Position numbers and translations under genes: made by a program. A stretch of DNA of 64,000 bases from Escherichia coli (GTDB lineage Bacteria; Pseudomonadota; Gammaproteobacteria; Enterobacterales; Enterobacteriaceae). The notes under the pieces were generated by a model. The model saw nothing but the letters and a program-made list of their open reading frames with translations. It was not told the origin of the DNA and ran no database searches. The DNA is taken from assembly GCF_003334355.1 (NCBI RefSeq), contig NZ_QOWP01000007.1. One strand, 5' to 3'. Below, piece after piece: positions 7,584 through 16,727 of the stretch (position 1 is the first letter of the stretch; every line of letters starts with the position of its first letter).

Positions 7584-8879
7584 ATGAGAGAAGTTGAAAT
7601 GAAATATCCGACAGGCGTGGAAAACCATGGAGGGAAATTACGTATCTGGTTTGTTTATAAAGGCGTAAGAGTCAGGGAAAATCTGGGGGTTCCTGACACA
7701 GCAAAAAACAGGCGCGTTGCAGGTGAACTACGCGCCTCTGTTTGTTACGCAATAAAAACTGGTGTTTTCGACTATGCAAAACAGTTTCCCTCCTCACGCA
7801 ATCTGGAAAAATTTGGTGAGGCCCGACAAGATTTAACCATAAAAGAACTGGCTGAAAAATTTCTGGCACTGAAAGAAACTGAAGTCGCAAAAACATCACT
7901 CAACACATACCGTGCCGTCATCAAAAATATCCTGAGCATAATCGGTGAAAAAAATCTTGCCTCATCGATTAATAAAGAAAAATTACTGGAGGTTCGTAAA
8001 GAGCTACTGACTGGATACCAGATCCCCAAAAGTAACTATATTGTTACACAACCAGGGAGATCGGCTGTAACTGTAAATAATTACATGACAAATCTTAACG
8101 CCGTGTTCCAGTTTGGTGTTGATAACGGTTACTTGGCAGATAACCCGTTTAAGGGGATCTCGCCATTAAAGGAATCAAGAACCATTCCGGATCCTCTTTC
8201 GCGGGAGGAATTCATCCGTCTTATCGATGCGTGCAGAAATCAGCAAGCCAAAAATTTATGGTGTGTTTCTGTTTATACTGGCGTTCGCCCTGGTGAGCTG
8301 TGTGCACTTGGATGGGAGGACATAGATCTGAAAAATGGAACAATGATGATCAGGAGAAATTTAGCAAAAGACCGTTTCACGGTACCAAAAACACAGGCGA
8401 GAACCAATCGGGTCATTCATCTTATTAAGCCAGCAATCGACGCTCTCCGGAGTCAGATGACATTAACGAGACTGAGCAAAGAGCATATCATTGATGTTCA
8501 CCTCAGAGAGTATGGCAGAACAGAAAAACAAAAATGCACCTTTGTTTTTCAACCTGAAGTGTCAGCGAGAGTAAAAAATTATGGTGACCATTTTACCGTT
8601 GACTCAATAAGGCAGATGTGGGACGCAGCGATAAAACGTGCCGGACTCCGCCATCGAAAATCATATCAGTCGAGACATACTTATGCCTGCTGGTCGCTGA
8701 CAGCTGGTGCTAACCCGGCATTTATAGCAAACCAGATGGGCCATGCAGATGCGCAAATGGTATTTCAGGTATACGGAAAATGGATGTCTGAAAACAATAA
8801 TGCACAGGTAGCTTTGTTAAATACACAGTTAAGCGAGTTTGCCCCAACCATGCCCCATAACGACGCAATGAAAAATTAA
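7584..8879 (+). CDS. intQ: Prophage tyrosine integrase, intact
   Basis: 431-aa ORF; C-terminal catalytic region SRHTYACWSLTAGANPAFIANQMGHADAQMVFQVYGKW (H-x-x-R ... Y). Start may be the downstream MKYPTGV at 7599. Confidence 0.8.
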   Translation: MREVEMKYPTGVENHGGKLRIWFVYKGVRVRENLGVPDTAKNRRVAGELRASVCYAIKTGVFDYAKQFPSSRNLEKFGEARQDLTIKELAEKFLALKETEVAKTSLNTYRAVIKNILSIIGEKNLASSINKEKLLEVRKELLTGYQIPKSNYIVTQPGRSAVTVNNYMTNLNAVFQFGVDNGYLADNPFKGISPLKESRTIPDPLSREEFIRLIDACRNQQAKNLWCVSVYTGVRPGELCALGWEDIDLKNGTMMIRRNLAKDRFTVPKTQARTNRVIHLIKPAIDALRSQMTLTRLSKEHIIDVHLREYGRTEKQKCTFVFQPEVSARVKNYGDHFTVDSIRQMWDAAIKRAGLRHRKSYQSRHTYACWSLTAGANPAFIANQMGHADAQMVFQVYGKWMSENNNAQVALLNTQLSEFAPTMPHNDAMKN

Positions 8880-9066
8880 TTTAATATTTATCAAATAGTT
8901 AACACGTATGACTCTTGAAATCCATAAATTTAAGCGCAGTGCCCAGCCATCCCGATACTGCTGCTTTCACCAAATCCTTAGTGCTTCTTTCGTGTTTTTC
9001 TATTGTCATAATGGTTATCTCTAAAAAAGAGGTAAGATGCGTACTACTTACTCGCCGTTATTGGTA

Positions 9067-10086
9067 TTATTCAGAAAAAGTGAGTAAGACTTTGCAGCAA
9101 TGTTTTTGATCCTGTTCAAATAAACTAATGGCATCAGCAACATGCTGGAAATCAAACGTATGGGTAATTAATTTTTCTGGTTTAATTAACCCTTTACTTA
9201 ACCAGTCGATAACGATCGGGAATTTATTTGCATTTAAGCGTGAAGAGAAAATAGAGAGTTCTTTTCCGGTAATTCCTTGCTGAATCACTTCAGACGGTTC
9301 ACTGGAGAACCCCATCAATACAATACGTGCCGCTGGAGAAGCCAGCGTTACGGCCTCTTTCAGGATAGAAGGATGACAAGCCGCATCGATAATTAATGTC
9401 GGCTTGATGCCTTTTTCAGTGAAAATCTCGCCAAGCGGTGTCTGGCTGTTATTAATCGCCCAGTCAGCCCCGCTCTCTTTCGCTTTTTCCAGTCGTTCAT
9501 CAATGCGATCGGCAACAATCACATTTTTAACGTTATAGACGCCTTTTAATACCTGAACGATCGTCAGGCCGATTGGACCGGCACCATAAACCAGAACGGT
9601 ATCATTTTCAGTCGGTTGACCATGTCCGGTTACGTTAGCCGCAATGGTAAAAGGTTCGATCATTACCGCATATTGATCGGCCACTGCTTCAGGAATTTTC
9701 CACGCATTTTTTGCCGGAACCACGGCATATTCACTGAAACCACCGTCAGCGTGCACACCTAATACAGCCAGTGTCGTACAAACGTTCGGTTTACCTATAG
9801 AGCACGGATAGCAATGCCCACAGCTGACCACCGGATCGACAGCAACACGTTCACCGACTCTGGCGCTTTCCACGCCTTCACCCACTGCATCAATGACGCC
9901 AAAGAATTCATGACCAATGACGCGCGGATATTTCGCAAAAGGATTATGCCCACGATAAATATGGCTATCTGAACCACAAATTCCGGCAAGTTTCACTTTT
10001 ACTCGTACTTCACCCGCTGACGGGGTGGGTATTTCACGTTCGACAATCGCCAGTTGATTCGGTTTTTCAATTAATATGCTTTTCAT
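9067..10086 (-). CDS. rspB: Starvation-sensing protein RspB, Zn-dependent alcohol-dehydrogenase family
   Basis: MKSILIEKPNQLAIVEREIPTPSAGEVRVKV...; 339 aa from the internal Met. Confidence 0.9.
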   Translation of the reverse strand: MKSILIEKPNQLAIVEREIPTPSAGEVRVKVKLAGICGSDSHIYRGHNPFAKYPRVIGHEFFGVIDAVGEGVESARVGERVAVDPVVSCGHCYPCSIGKPNVCTTLAVLGVHADGGFSEYAVVPAKNAWKIPEAVADQYAVMIEPFTIAANVTGHGQPTENDTVLVYGAGPIGLTIVQVLKGVYNVKNVIVADRIDERLEKAKESGADWAINNSQTPLGEIFTEKGIKPTLIIDAACHPSILKEAVTLASPAARIVLMGFSSEPSEVIQQGITGKELSIFSSRLNANKFPIVIDWLSKGLIKPEKLITHTFDFQHVADAISLFEQDQKHCCKVLLTFSE

Positions 10087-10097
10087 TATCTTACTCC

Positions 10098-11312
10098 TTA
10101 CCAGTTCCACAGCGTGCCATCTTCCAGACGTGCGACTGGTAGATAAGCAGGTTCATAGGGATATTTCGCCGCCAGCTTTTCATCGAATTCGATACCAAGA
10201 CCCGGTTTGTCTCCCGGATGCATATAGCCGTTATCGAAAGTCCAGTTGTGCGGGAAGACTTCGAGCATTTGTTCGGAATAACCCATGTATTCCTGGACAC
10301 CGAAATTGGGGACCCACAGATCAAAGTGCAGCGCCGCAGCCATGCAGACTGGTGACAAATCGGAAGGACCGTGTGAGCCAGTACGTACCTGATACAGCGA
10401 AGCAAAATCGGCAATCCGGCGCATACCGGTAATTCCGCCTGCATGGGTCAGCGTGGTGCGGATATAATCGATGAGTTGCTCTTCAATCAGTTGTTTGCAG
10501 TCCCAGATGCTGTTGAAGACTTCACCCACTGCGATGGGTGTGACGGTATGTTGGCGAATGAGACGGAAGCATTCCTGGTTTTCCGCAGGCGTCGGGTCTT
10601 CCATCCAGAACATGCGATAATCTTCAATGCTTTTACCAAAGCGCGCCGCTTCAATAGGCGTTAAGCGATGGTGCATGTCATGCAGCAAATGTTCATTAAA
10701 ACCAAACTTGTTACGTACCGCGTCAAACAATTTCGGCATGAAATCGAGGTATTTCTCCGTCGACCACAGCTGCTCTTCCGGCCACTGTCCTTTGGTTGCG
10801 GGTTCATAAGCCAGACCTTTACCTTTCGACATGCCGTAGGTGGTTTTCATACCAGGGATTCCGCACTGCACGCGGATGGCTTTGAATCCAAGCTCTTGAT
10901 GACGGGCATAATCATCCAGAGCTTCATCAATACTGTGACCGGTGGTATGGCAATAAACCATCACCCCTTCACGAGACGCGCCGCCGAGTAACTGGTAAAG
11001 CGGCATGTTGGCAGCTTTGGCTTTAATATCCCACAGCGCCATATCAACCGCTGAAATGGCCGACATCGTAACCGGACCGCGACGCCAGTAAGCACCTTTA
11101 TAGAAAAACTGCCAGATATCTTCGATACGGTGCGCATCGCGACCAATAAGCTGCGGACAAAGGTGATCCTGCAAATAAGAGGCCACGGAAAGCTCACGTC
11201 CATTGAGGGTGGCATCCCCAAGGCCCGTAATACCGTCCTCAGTGGTGATTTTTAATGTGACGAAATTACGCCCCGGACAGGTAACAAAAACTTCAGCCTT
11301 TACGATCTTCAT
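10098..11312 (-). CDS. rspA: Starvation-sensing protein RspA, enolase-superfamily dehydratase
   Basis: [43 protein letters not shown]...; 404 aa. Confidence 0.9.
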
Positions 11313-11517
11313 GTTCGATTCCTTGCATCGCTTGTCGTGATGCATGAAATCTACGCAACTGAGCTACTACCATACAAGTATAAAGATCGAAAAAAGCCGG
11401 AGTGATCACAAAAAAAGGCGTATATTTGCGCTGTGAATGGTTGACAAAAGATGAAATAGAATACCTTTTGTCAGCTGACACTTCCTCTTATCTTATTGAT
11501 AAAATGGATTTATGTTC

Positions 11518-11844
11518 CTACGTGCGCCCCCAGCCCGCAACAATGATCAACATGCCGCAAAGCGCAATCAACGCACCCGTCCAGTCATAAAGAGTCAGTT
11601 TCACGCCATCCACAACGCGCAGCCACATCAACGCCGTGCAGACATAAACGCCACCATAAGCCGCGTAAACACGCCCACTCGCCGCTGGATGCAACGTTAA
11701 CAACCAGACAAACAGCGCCAGTGAAATCCCCGCCGGAAGCAACAGCCAGATACTGGCGTTTCGTTTTAACCACAACCAGGGCAGAAAGCATCCAATAATT
11801 TCACACAGCGCAGTAGCAAAAAATAGTAACGTTGTTTTAATCAT
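11518..11844 (-). CDS. ynfA: UPF0060 inner-membrane protein YnfA
   Basis: 108-aa hydrophobic [29 protein letters not shown]. Confidence 0.85.
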
Positions 11845-11979
11845 CTTTGTCTCTTATTGACATCATGTATAGTTATAGGGCGACATAATATCATCAATAT
11901 AAACACCCTCCTGGTACGTTTTGCGTCCGCAGTGGATGGTGTAGAATCCACCTTTAATCATTCATACAGGGAATGAATT

Positions 11980-12321
11980 ATGAAAATCACTCTCAGCAAA
12001 CGAATCGGCCTGCTCGCTATTCTGCTGCCTTGCGCACTGGCATTGAGCACAACTGTTCATGCCGAAACTAACAAACTGGTGATTGAGTCTGGCGACAGTG
12101 CACAAAGCCGCCAGCACGCCGCTATGGAAAAAGAGCAATGGAATGACACGCGCAATCTGCGCCAGAAAGTGAATAAACGCACTGAAAAAGAGTGGGATAA
12201 AGCCGACGCCGCTTTTGATAACCGCGATAAATGTGAGCAAAGCGCCAACATCAATGCCTACTGGGAGCCCAATACTTTGCGCTGCCTGGACCGTCGAACT
12301 GGCCGCGTTATTACCCCCTAA
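11980..12321 (+). CDS. ynfB: UPF0482 secreted protein YnfB
   Basis: 113 aa with signal peptide [28 protein letters not shown]. Confidence 0.85.
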
Positions 12322-12355
12322 CCTGTTATTGATTTAAGGAATGTAAGGACACGTT

Positions 12356-12916
12356 ATGCCAAGCGCCCACAGTGTTAAGCTACGCCCGCTGGAGCGTGAA
12401 GATTTACGCTATGTACATCAACTCGACAATAACGCCAGTGTGATGCGTTACTGGTTTGAGGAACCCTACGAAGCCTTTGTTGAACTCTCTGATCTGTATG
12501 ATAAGCATATTCACGATCAGAGCGAACGGCGCTTTGTGGTGGAATGTGACGGCGAAAAAGCCGGTCTGGTGGAGCTGGTGGAAATTAACCATGTTCATCG
12601 CCGCGCAGAATTTCAGATAATTATCTCCCCGGAGTATCAGGGGAAAGGTCTGGCAACCCGTGCCGCCAAATTAGCAATGGACTATGGCTTTACCGTTCTC
12701 AATCTCTATAAGCTGTATCTGATCGTTGATAAAGAGAATGAAAAAGCGATTCACATTTACCGCAAGCTTGGCTTTTCGGTTGAAGGTGAATTGATGCACG
12801 AGTTCTTTATTAATGGTCAATATCGTAATGCCATTCGCATGTGTATATTCCAGCATCAGTATCTGGCAGAGCACAAAACACCGGGTCAGACTCTCCTGAA
12901 GCCGACCGCACAATAG
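12356..12916 (+). CDS. speG: Spermidine N1-acetyltransferase
   Basis: 186 aa GNAT-fold [42 protein letters not shown]. Confidence 0.92.
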   Translation: MPSAHSVKLRPLEREDLRYVHQLDNNASVMRYWFEEPYEAFVELSDLYDKHIHDQSERRFVVECDGEKAGLVELVEINHVHRRAEFQIIISPEYQGKGLATRAAKLAMDYGFTVLNLYKLYLIVDKENEKAIHIYRKLGFSVEGELMHEFFINGQYRNAIRMCIFQHQYLAEHKTPGQTLLKPTAQ

Positions 12917-12918
12917 CA

Positions 12919-13629
12919 TTAATAATAATCGATCGTATTTTTGATGGTGTAAACCCGTTCGACGGCGGGTTTTACTCCTTCATCAACAATGATTAGCTGA
13001 CAGTCCACCGGATTAGCGTGACTGTCATATTCACAGCTCTGTTTTACATTACCAACCCGTTGATTATTCAGTAAAGTAACCGCTGTGTAATCTAATTTTT
13101 TGATCGGATCCGTTGATGGCGTGGCGCTGACAGATAATGTTTTGTCGTTACTTTTCGTGGTTTTACCCAGCGGATAACCCTGATCATCATAGCGATATTC
13201 CATCTGCATTTGTTTGCTGCTGGCTTTAATCACGAAGCCATTATCATCGGTTTCCCAACTCACCCCGGCAGAAGGTAATTCTGCTAGCTGGCATTTTCCC
13301 TGTAAACGTACTCTCTTCTCCAGCGTCTCGGCATCACGGTAATAATTGGCGTCCAGTACCAGAGCGACCACGGTATTATTTTCCAGATCCAGTAATTCGA
13401 GTGAATCAAAACAGCCTTCTTCCGACAAAGTCCCAGAAACACGTTTCGTCACTTCACCTTGCTCATCCATTAATGTCTGAGTGAAATCTTTTACCGGACC
13501 ACGCAGCGGATCAAAATCGAATTCATTAGAGAAACTGGCCATCTCAGGGGTAAATGAAAGTGTTACCTCTGTGCGGTCACATCCTGTGAGGAATATCGCG
13601 AGTAAGCATGGTAGTAATTTGTATTTCAC
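12919..13629 (-). CDS. ynfC: Lipoprotein YnfC (UPF0257)
   Basis: Lipobox LLAIFLTGC; GTG start giving 236 aa (the ATG-extended ORF in the track runs to 13665). Confidence 0.8.
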   Translation of the reverse strand: MKYKLLPCLLAIFLTGCDRTEVTLSFTPEMASFSNEFDFDPLRGPVKDFTQTLMDEQGEVTKRVSGTLSEEGCFDSLELLDLENNTVVALVLDANYYRDAETLEKRVRLQGKCQLAELPSAGVSWETDDNGFVIKASSKQMQMEYRYDDQGYPLGKTTKSNDKTLSVSATPSTDPIKKLDYTAVTLLNNQRVGNVKQSCEYDSHANPVDCQLIIVDEGVKPAVERVYTIKNTIDYY

Positions 13630-13736
13630 AACAGTCACCAGAGAGTAGAGATGATTCTCAATCATAGTAGCAAATACAGTACTTTACACGTTAAATGCTA
13701 TGCTTAAAGAAGTTATCTTCGCGTAAGGAGCTTATG

Positions 13737-14042
13737 ATGAAACTCTCAACCTGCTGTGCCGCGCTTCTGCTCGCCCTCGCCTCACCCGCGGTACTCGCCG
13801 CGCCGGGATCCTGTGAGCGCATACAGAGCGATATATCACAGCGCATTATCAATAATGGCGTACCCGAAAGCAGCTTCACGTTAAGTATTGTACCCAATGA
13901 CCAGGTTGATCAGCCTGATTCCCAGGTCGTCGGCCATTGCGCTAATGATACGCATAAAATTCTCTATACCCGCACCACCAGCGGTAACGTCTCTGCTCCC
14001 GCGCAGTCTAGCCAGGATGGCGCGCCTGCCGAACCGCAGTAA
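13737..14042 (+). CDS. ynfD: Secreted protein YnfD
   Basis: 101 aa MKLSTCCAALLLALASPAVLAAPGSCERIQ. Confidence 0.8.
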   Translation: MKLSTCCAALLLALASPAVLAAPGSCERIQSDISQRIINNGVPESSFTLSIVPNDQVDQPDSQVVGHCANDTHKILYTRTTSGNVSAPAQSSQDGAPAEPQ

Positions 14043-14058
14043 CACATTATCGACTGAA

Positions 14059-14085
14059 CGCCGGATATGACAAATCCGGCGATTT
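14059..14085 (+). terminator. Hairpin CGCCGGAT-N7-ATCCGGCG after ynfD
   Basis: Perfect 8-bp stem followed by ATTTG; weak U-tract. Confidence 0.45.
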
Positions 14086-14127
14086 GAACATACAACATAA
14101 TCCCACCTTATTACTCATACCCTTCTA

Positions 14128-14141
14128 TTGATATGGATTAA
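14128..14141. promoter_or_regulatory. Candidate FNR box (TTGAT-ATGG-ATTAA) upstream of ynfE
   Basis: 9 of 10 match to TTGAT-N4-ATCAA about 105 bp upstream of the ynfE ATG; the ynfEFGH operon is known to be anaerobically expressed. Confidence 0.35.
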
Positions 14142-14240
14142 TAATTCTTAACCCAAAATGGGTAGACTCCCTCTATTGTTAGCGCGCTAAATATTCAATA
14201 TATAAACTTTTATATAACGATAAAGAACAGGGAGTGAGTT

Positions 14241-16667
14241 ATGTCCAAAAATGAACGAATGGTGGGCATCAGCCGCAGAACACTCGTTAAATCTACCGCG
14301 ATAGGTTCTCTGGCGCTGGCTGCAGGCGGTTTTTCTTTGCCGTTTACCCTGCGCAATGCAGCAGCATCGGTACAACAGGCCCGCGAAAAAGTGGTCTGGG
14401 GTGCCTGTTCCGTCAACTGTGGTAGCCGCTGTGCACTTCGTCTACATGTTAAAGATAATGAAGTGACCTGGGTGGAAACTGACAATACCGGCAGCGATGA
14501 GTACGGCAACCATCAGGTACGCGCCTGTTTGCGCGGTCGCTCCATCCGCCGGCGTATTAATCATCCCGATCGCTTGAATTACCCAATGAAACGCGTGGGC
14601 AAACGCGGCGAAGGCAAATTCGAACGGATTAGCTGGGATGAAGCCCTGGATACTATCGCCAGTAGCCTGAAGAAAACCGTCGAACAATATGGCAATGAGG
14701 CTGTATATATTCAGTACTCTTCGGGGATCGTTGGCGGCAATATGACCCGCTCTTCGCCATCAGCCTCGGCGGTCAAACGCCTGATGAACTGCTACGGCGG
14801 TTCACTCAACCAGTATGGCTCCTACAGCACTGCGCAAATTTCCTGTGCCATGCCCTACACCTACGGCAGTAATGATGGCAACAGCACCACGGATATTGAA
14901 AACAGCAAGCTGGTCGTGATGTTTGGTAACAACCCGGCAGAAACCCGCATGAGCGGTGGTGGCATCACTTATCTTCTTGAAAAAGCGCGCGAGAAATCGA
15001 ACGCCAAAATGATTGTTATCGATCCGCGATATACCGATACGGCTGCCGGTCGTGAAGACGAATGGCTCCCTATTCGCCCGGGCACCGATGCCGCGCTGGT
15101 TGCGGGTATTGCCTGGGTATTGATTAACGAAAATCTCGTTGATCAACCTTTTCTCGATAAATACTGCGTCGGCTATGACGAAAAAACCTTACCCGCAGAT
15201 GCACCCAAAAATGGTCACTATAAAGCCTATATTCTTGGTGAAGGTGACGATAAAACAGCGAAAACGCCGCAGTGGGCTTCGCAAATTACCGGTATCCCGG
15301 AGGACCGTATCATCAAACTGGCGCGTGAAATTGGCACAGCAAAACCCGCTTATATCTGCCAGGGCTGGGGGCCACAACGCCAGGCAAACGGCGAACTGAC
15401 TGCACGCGCTATTGCTATGTTACCTATTTTGACGGGCAATGTCGGCATCAGCGGCGGAAATAGTGGCGCGCGTGAATCGACCTATACCATTACCATAGAA
15501 CGCCTGCCGGTGCTGGATAATCCGGTCAAAACGTCAATCTCCTGCTTCAGCTGGACAGATGCTATCGATCATGGTCCGCAAATGACGGCAATCCGCGACG
15601 GCGTCCGCGGCAAAGATAAACTGGATGTGCCCATTAAGTTCATCTGGAACTACGCGGGAAATACCCTCGTTAATCAGCATTCTGACATCAACAAAACGCA
15701 TGAAATTCTGCAGGACGAATCGAAATGCGAAATGATTGTGGTCATCGAAAACTTTATGACCTCATCGGCAAAATATGCCGACATTCTGCTGCCAGACCTG
15801 ATGACCGTTGAGCAGGAAGATATTATTCCTAACGACTACGCCGGTAACATGGGATATCTCATTTTCCTCCAGCCTGTCACCAGCGAAAAATTCGAACGCA
15901 AACCGATTTACTGGATCCTGAGTGAAGTCGCGAAACGTCTTGGACCTGACGTCTATCAAAAGTTCACAGAAGGTCGCACGCAGGAACAATGGTTACAACA
16001 TCTGTACGCCAAAATGCTTGCCAAAGATCCGGCGTTACCGTCTTACGACGAACTGAAAAAAATGGGTATCTATAAGCGTAAAGATCCCAATGGCCATTTT
16101 GTCGCCTACAAAGCATTTCGTGACGACCCCGAGGCAAATCCACTTAAAACGCCTTCCGGTAAGATTGAAATTTATTCCAGCAGGCTGGCGGAAATTGCCC
16201 GTACCTGGGAACTGGAAAAAGATGAAGTGATAAGCCCATTGCCAGTTTATGCCTCAACCTTTGAAGGCTGGAACTCCCCTGAACGTAGAACCTTCCCACT
16301 GCAACTGTTTGGTTTCCATTACAAATCCCGTACTCACTCGACCTACGGCAATATTGATCTCCTGAAGGCTGCCTGCCGTCAGGAGGTGTGGATCAACCCT
16401 ATAGATGCGCAGAAACGTGGGATTGCCAACGGCGATATGGTGCGGGTGTTTAACCATCGTGGCGAAGTTCGGCTACCAGCCAAAGTAACACCACGTATTC
16501 TCCCTGGAGTTAGCGCTATGGGCCAGGGAGCCTGGCACGAGGCCAATATGTCTGGCGATAAAATCGACCATGGCGGCTGTGTGAATACGCTAACCACTCT
16601 GCGCCCTTCACCACTGGCGAAGGGAAACCCGCAGCACACTAATCTGGTCGAGATCGAAAAAATATAA
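14241..16667 (+). CDS. ynfE: Tat-exported molybdoenzyme, DMSO-reductase family catalytic subunit (selenate reductase)
   Basis: 808 aa; twin-arginine signal SRRTLVKSTAIGSLALAAG; Cys cluster CSVNCGSRC. Confidence 0.92.
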   Translation: MSKNERMVGISRRTLVKSTAIGSLALAAGGFSLPFTLRNAAASVQQAREKVVWGACSVNCGSRCALRLHVKDNEVTWVETDNTGSDEYGNHQVRACLRGRSIRRRINHPDRLNYPMKRVGKRGEGKFERISWDEALDTIASSLKKTVEQYGNEAVYIQYSSGIVGGNMTRSSPSASAVKRLMNCYGGSLNQYGSYSTAQISCAMPYTYGSNDGNSTTDIENSKLVVMFGNNPAETRMSGGGITYLLEKAREKSNAKMIVIDPRYTDTAAGREDEWLPIRPGTDAALVAGIAWVLINENLVDQPFLDKYCVGYDEKTLPADAPKNGHYKAYILGEGDDKTAKTPQWASQITGIPEDRIIKLAREIGTAKPAYICQGWGPQRQANGELTARAIAMLPILTGNVGISGGNSGARESTYTITIERLPVLDNPVKTSISCFSWTDAIDHGPQMTAIRDGVRGKDKLDVPIKFIWNYAGNTLVNQHSDINKTHEILQDESKCEMIVVIENFMTSSAKYADILLPDLMTVEQEDIIPNDYAGNMGYLIFLQPVTSEKFERKPIYWILSEVAKRLGPDVYQKFTEGRTQEQWLQHLYAKMLAKDPALPSYDELKKMGIYKRKDPNGHFVAYKAFRDDPEANPLKTPSGKIEIYSSRLAEIARTWELEKDEVISPLPVYASTFEGWNSPERRTFPLQLFGFHYKSRTHSTYGNIDLLKAACRQEVWINPIDAQKRGIANGDMVRVFNHRGEVRLPAKVTPRILPGVSAMGQGAWHEANMSGDKIDHGGCVNTLTTLRPSPLAKGNPQHTNLVEIEKI

Positions 16668-16727
16668 CCCACGACAACCATAAATTCTGGCATGACATTT
16701 TGTTTGAAAAGCAATAAGTGAGTAATG

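Larger units (their letters stand above)
1..9066. mobile_element. Right arm of a Qin-like lambdoid prophage (nin-side methyltransferase, replication, immunity switch, dicB operon, exonuclease, xis, int); right junction lies between int stop and rspB 3' end
   Basis: Lambda-like gene order: cro-like leftward then replication genes; cI-like rightward then early-left-type operon ending in xis-int. Core genes begin at 9067. Left boundary is outside the window. Confidence 0.8.

Noticed and set aside
8915-9109. 64-aa plus-strand ORF across the int/rspB junction
   Set aside because: Overlaps rspB 3' end in antisense with no ribosome-binding site at its ATG; only the shorter 16-codon ORF inside it has a convincing SD and is kept as a low-interest finding.
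11346-11517. Possible CRP site (TGTGAATGGTTGACAA) upstream of rspA
   Set aside because: Only 3 of 5 match in the second half-site; too weak to call from sequence alone.
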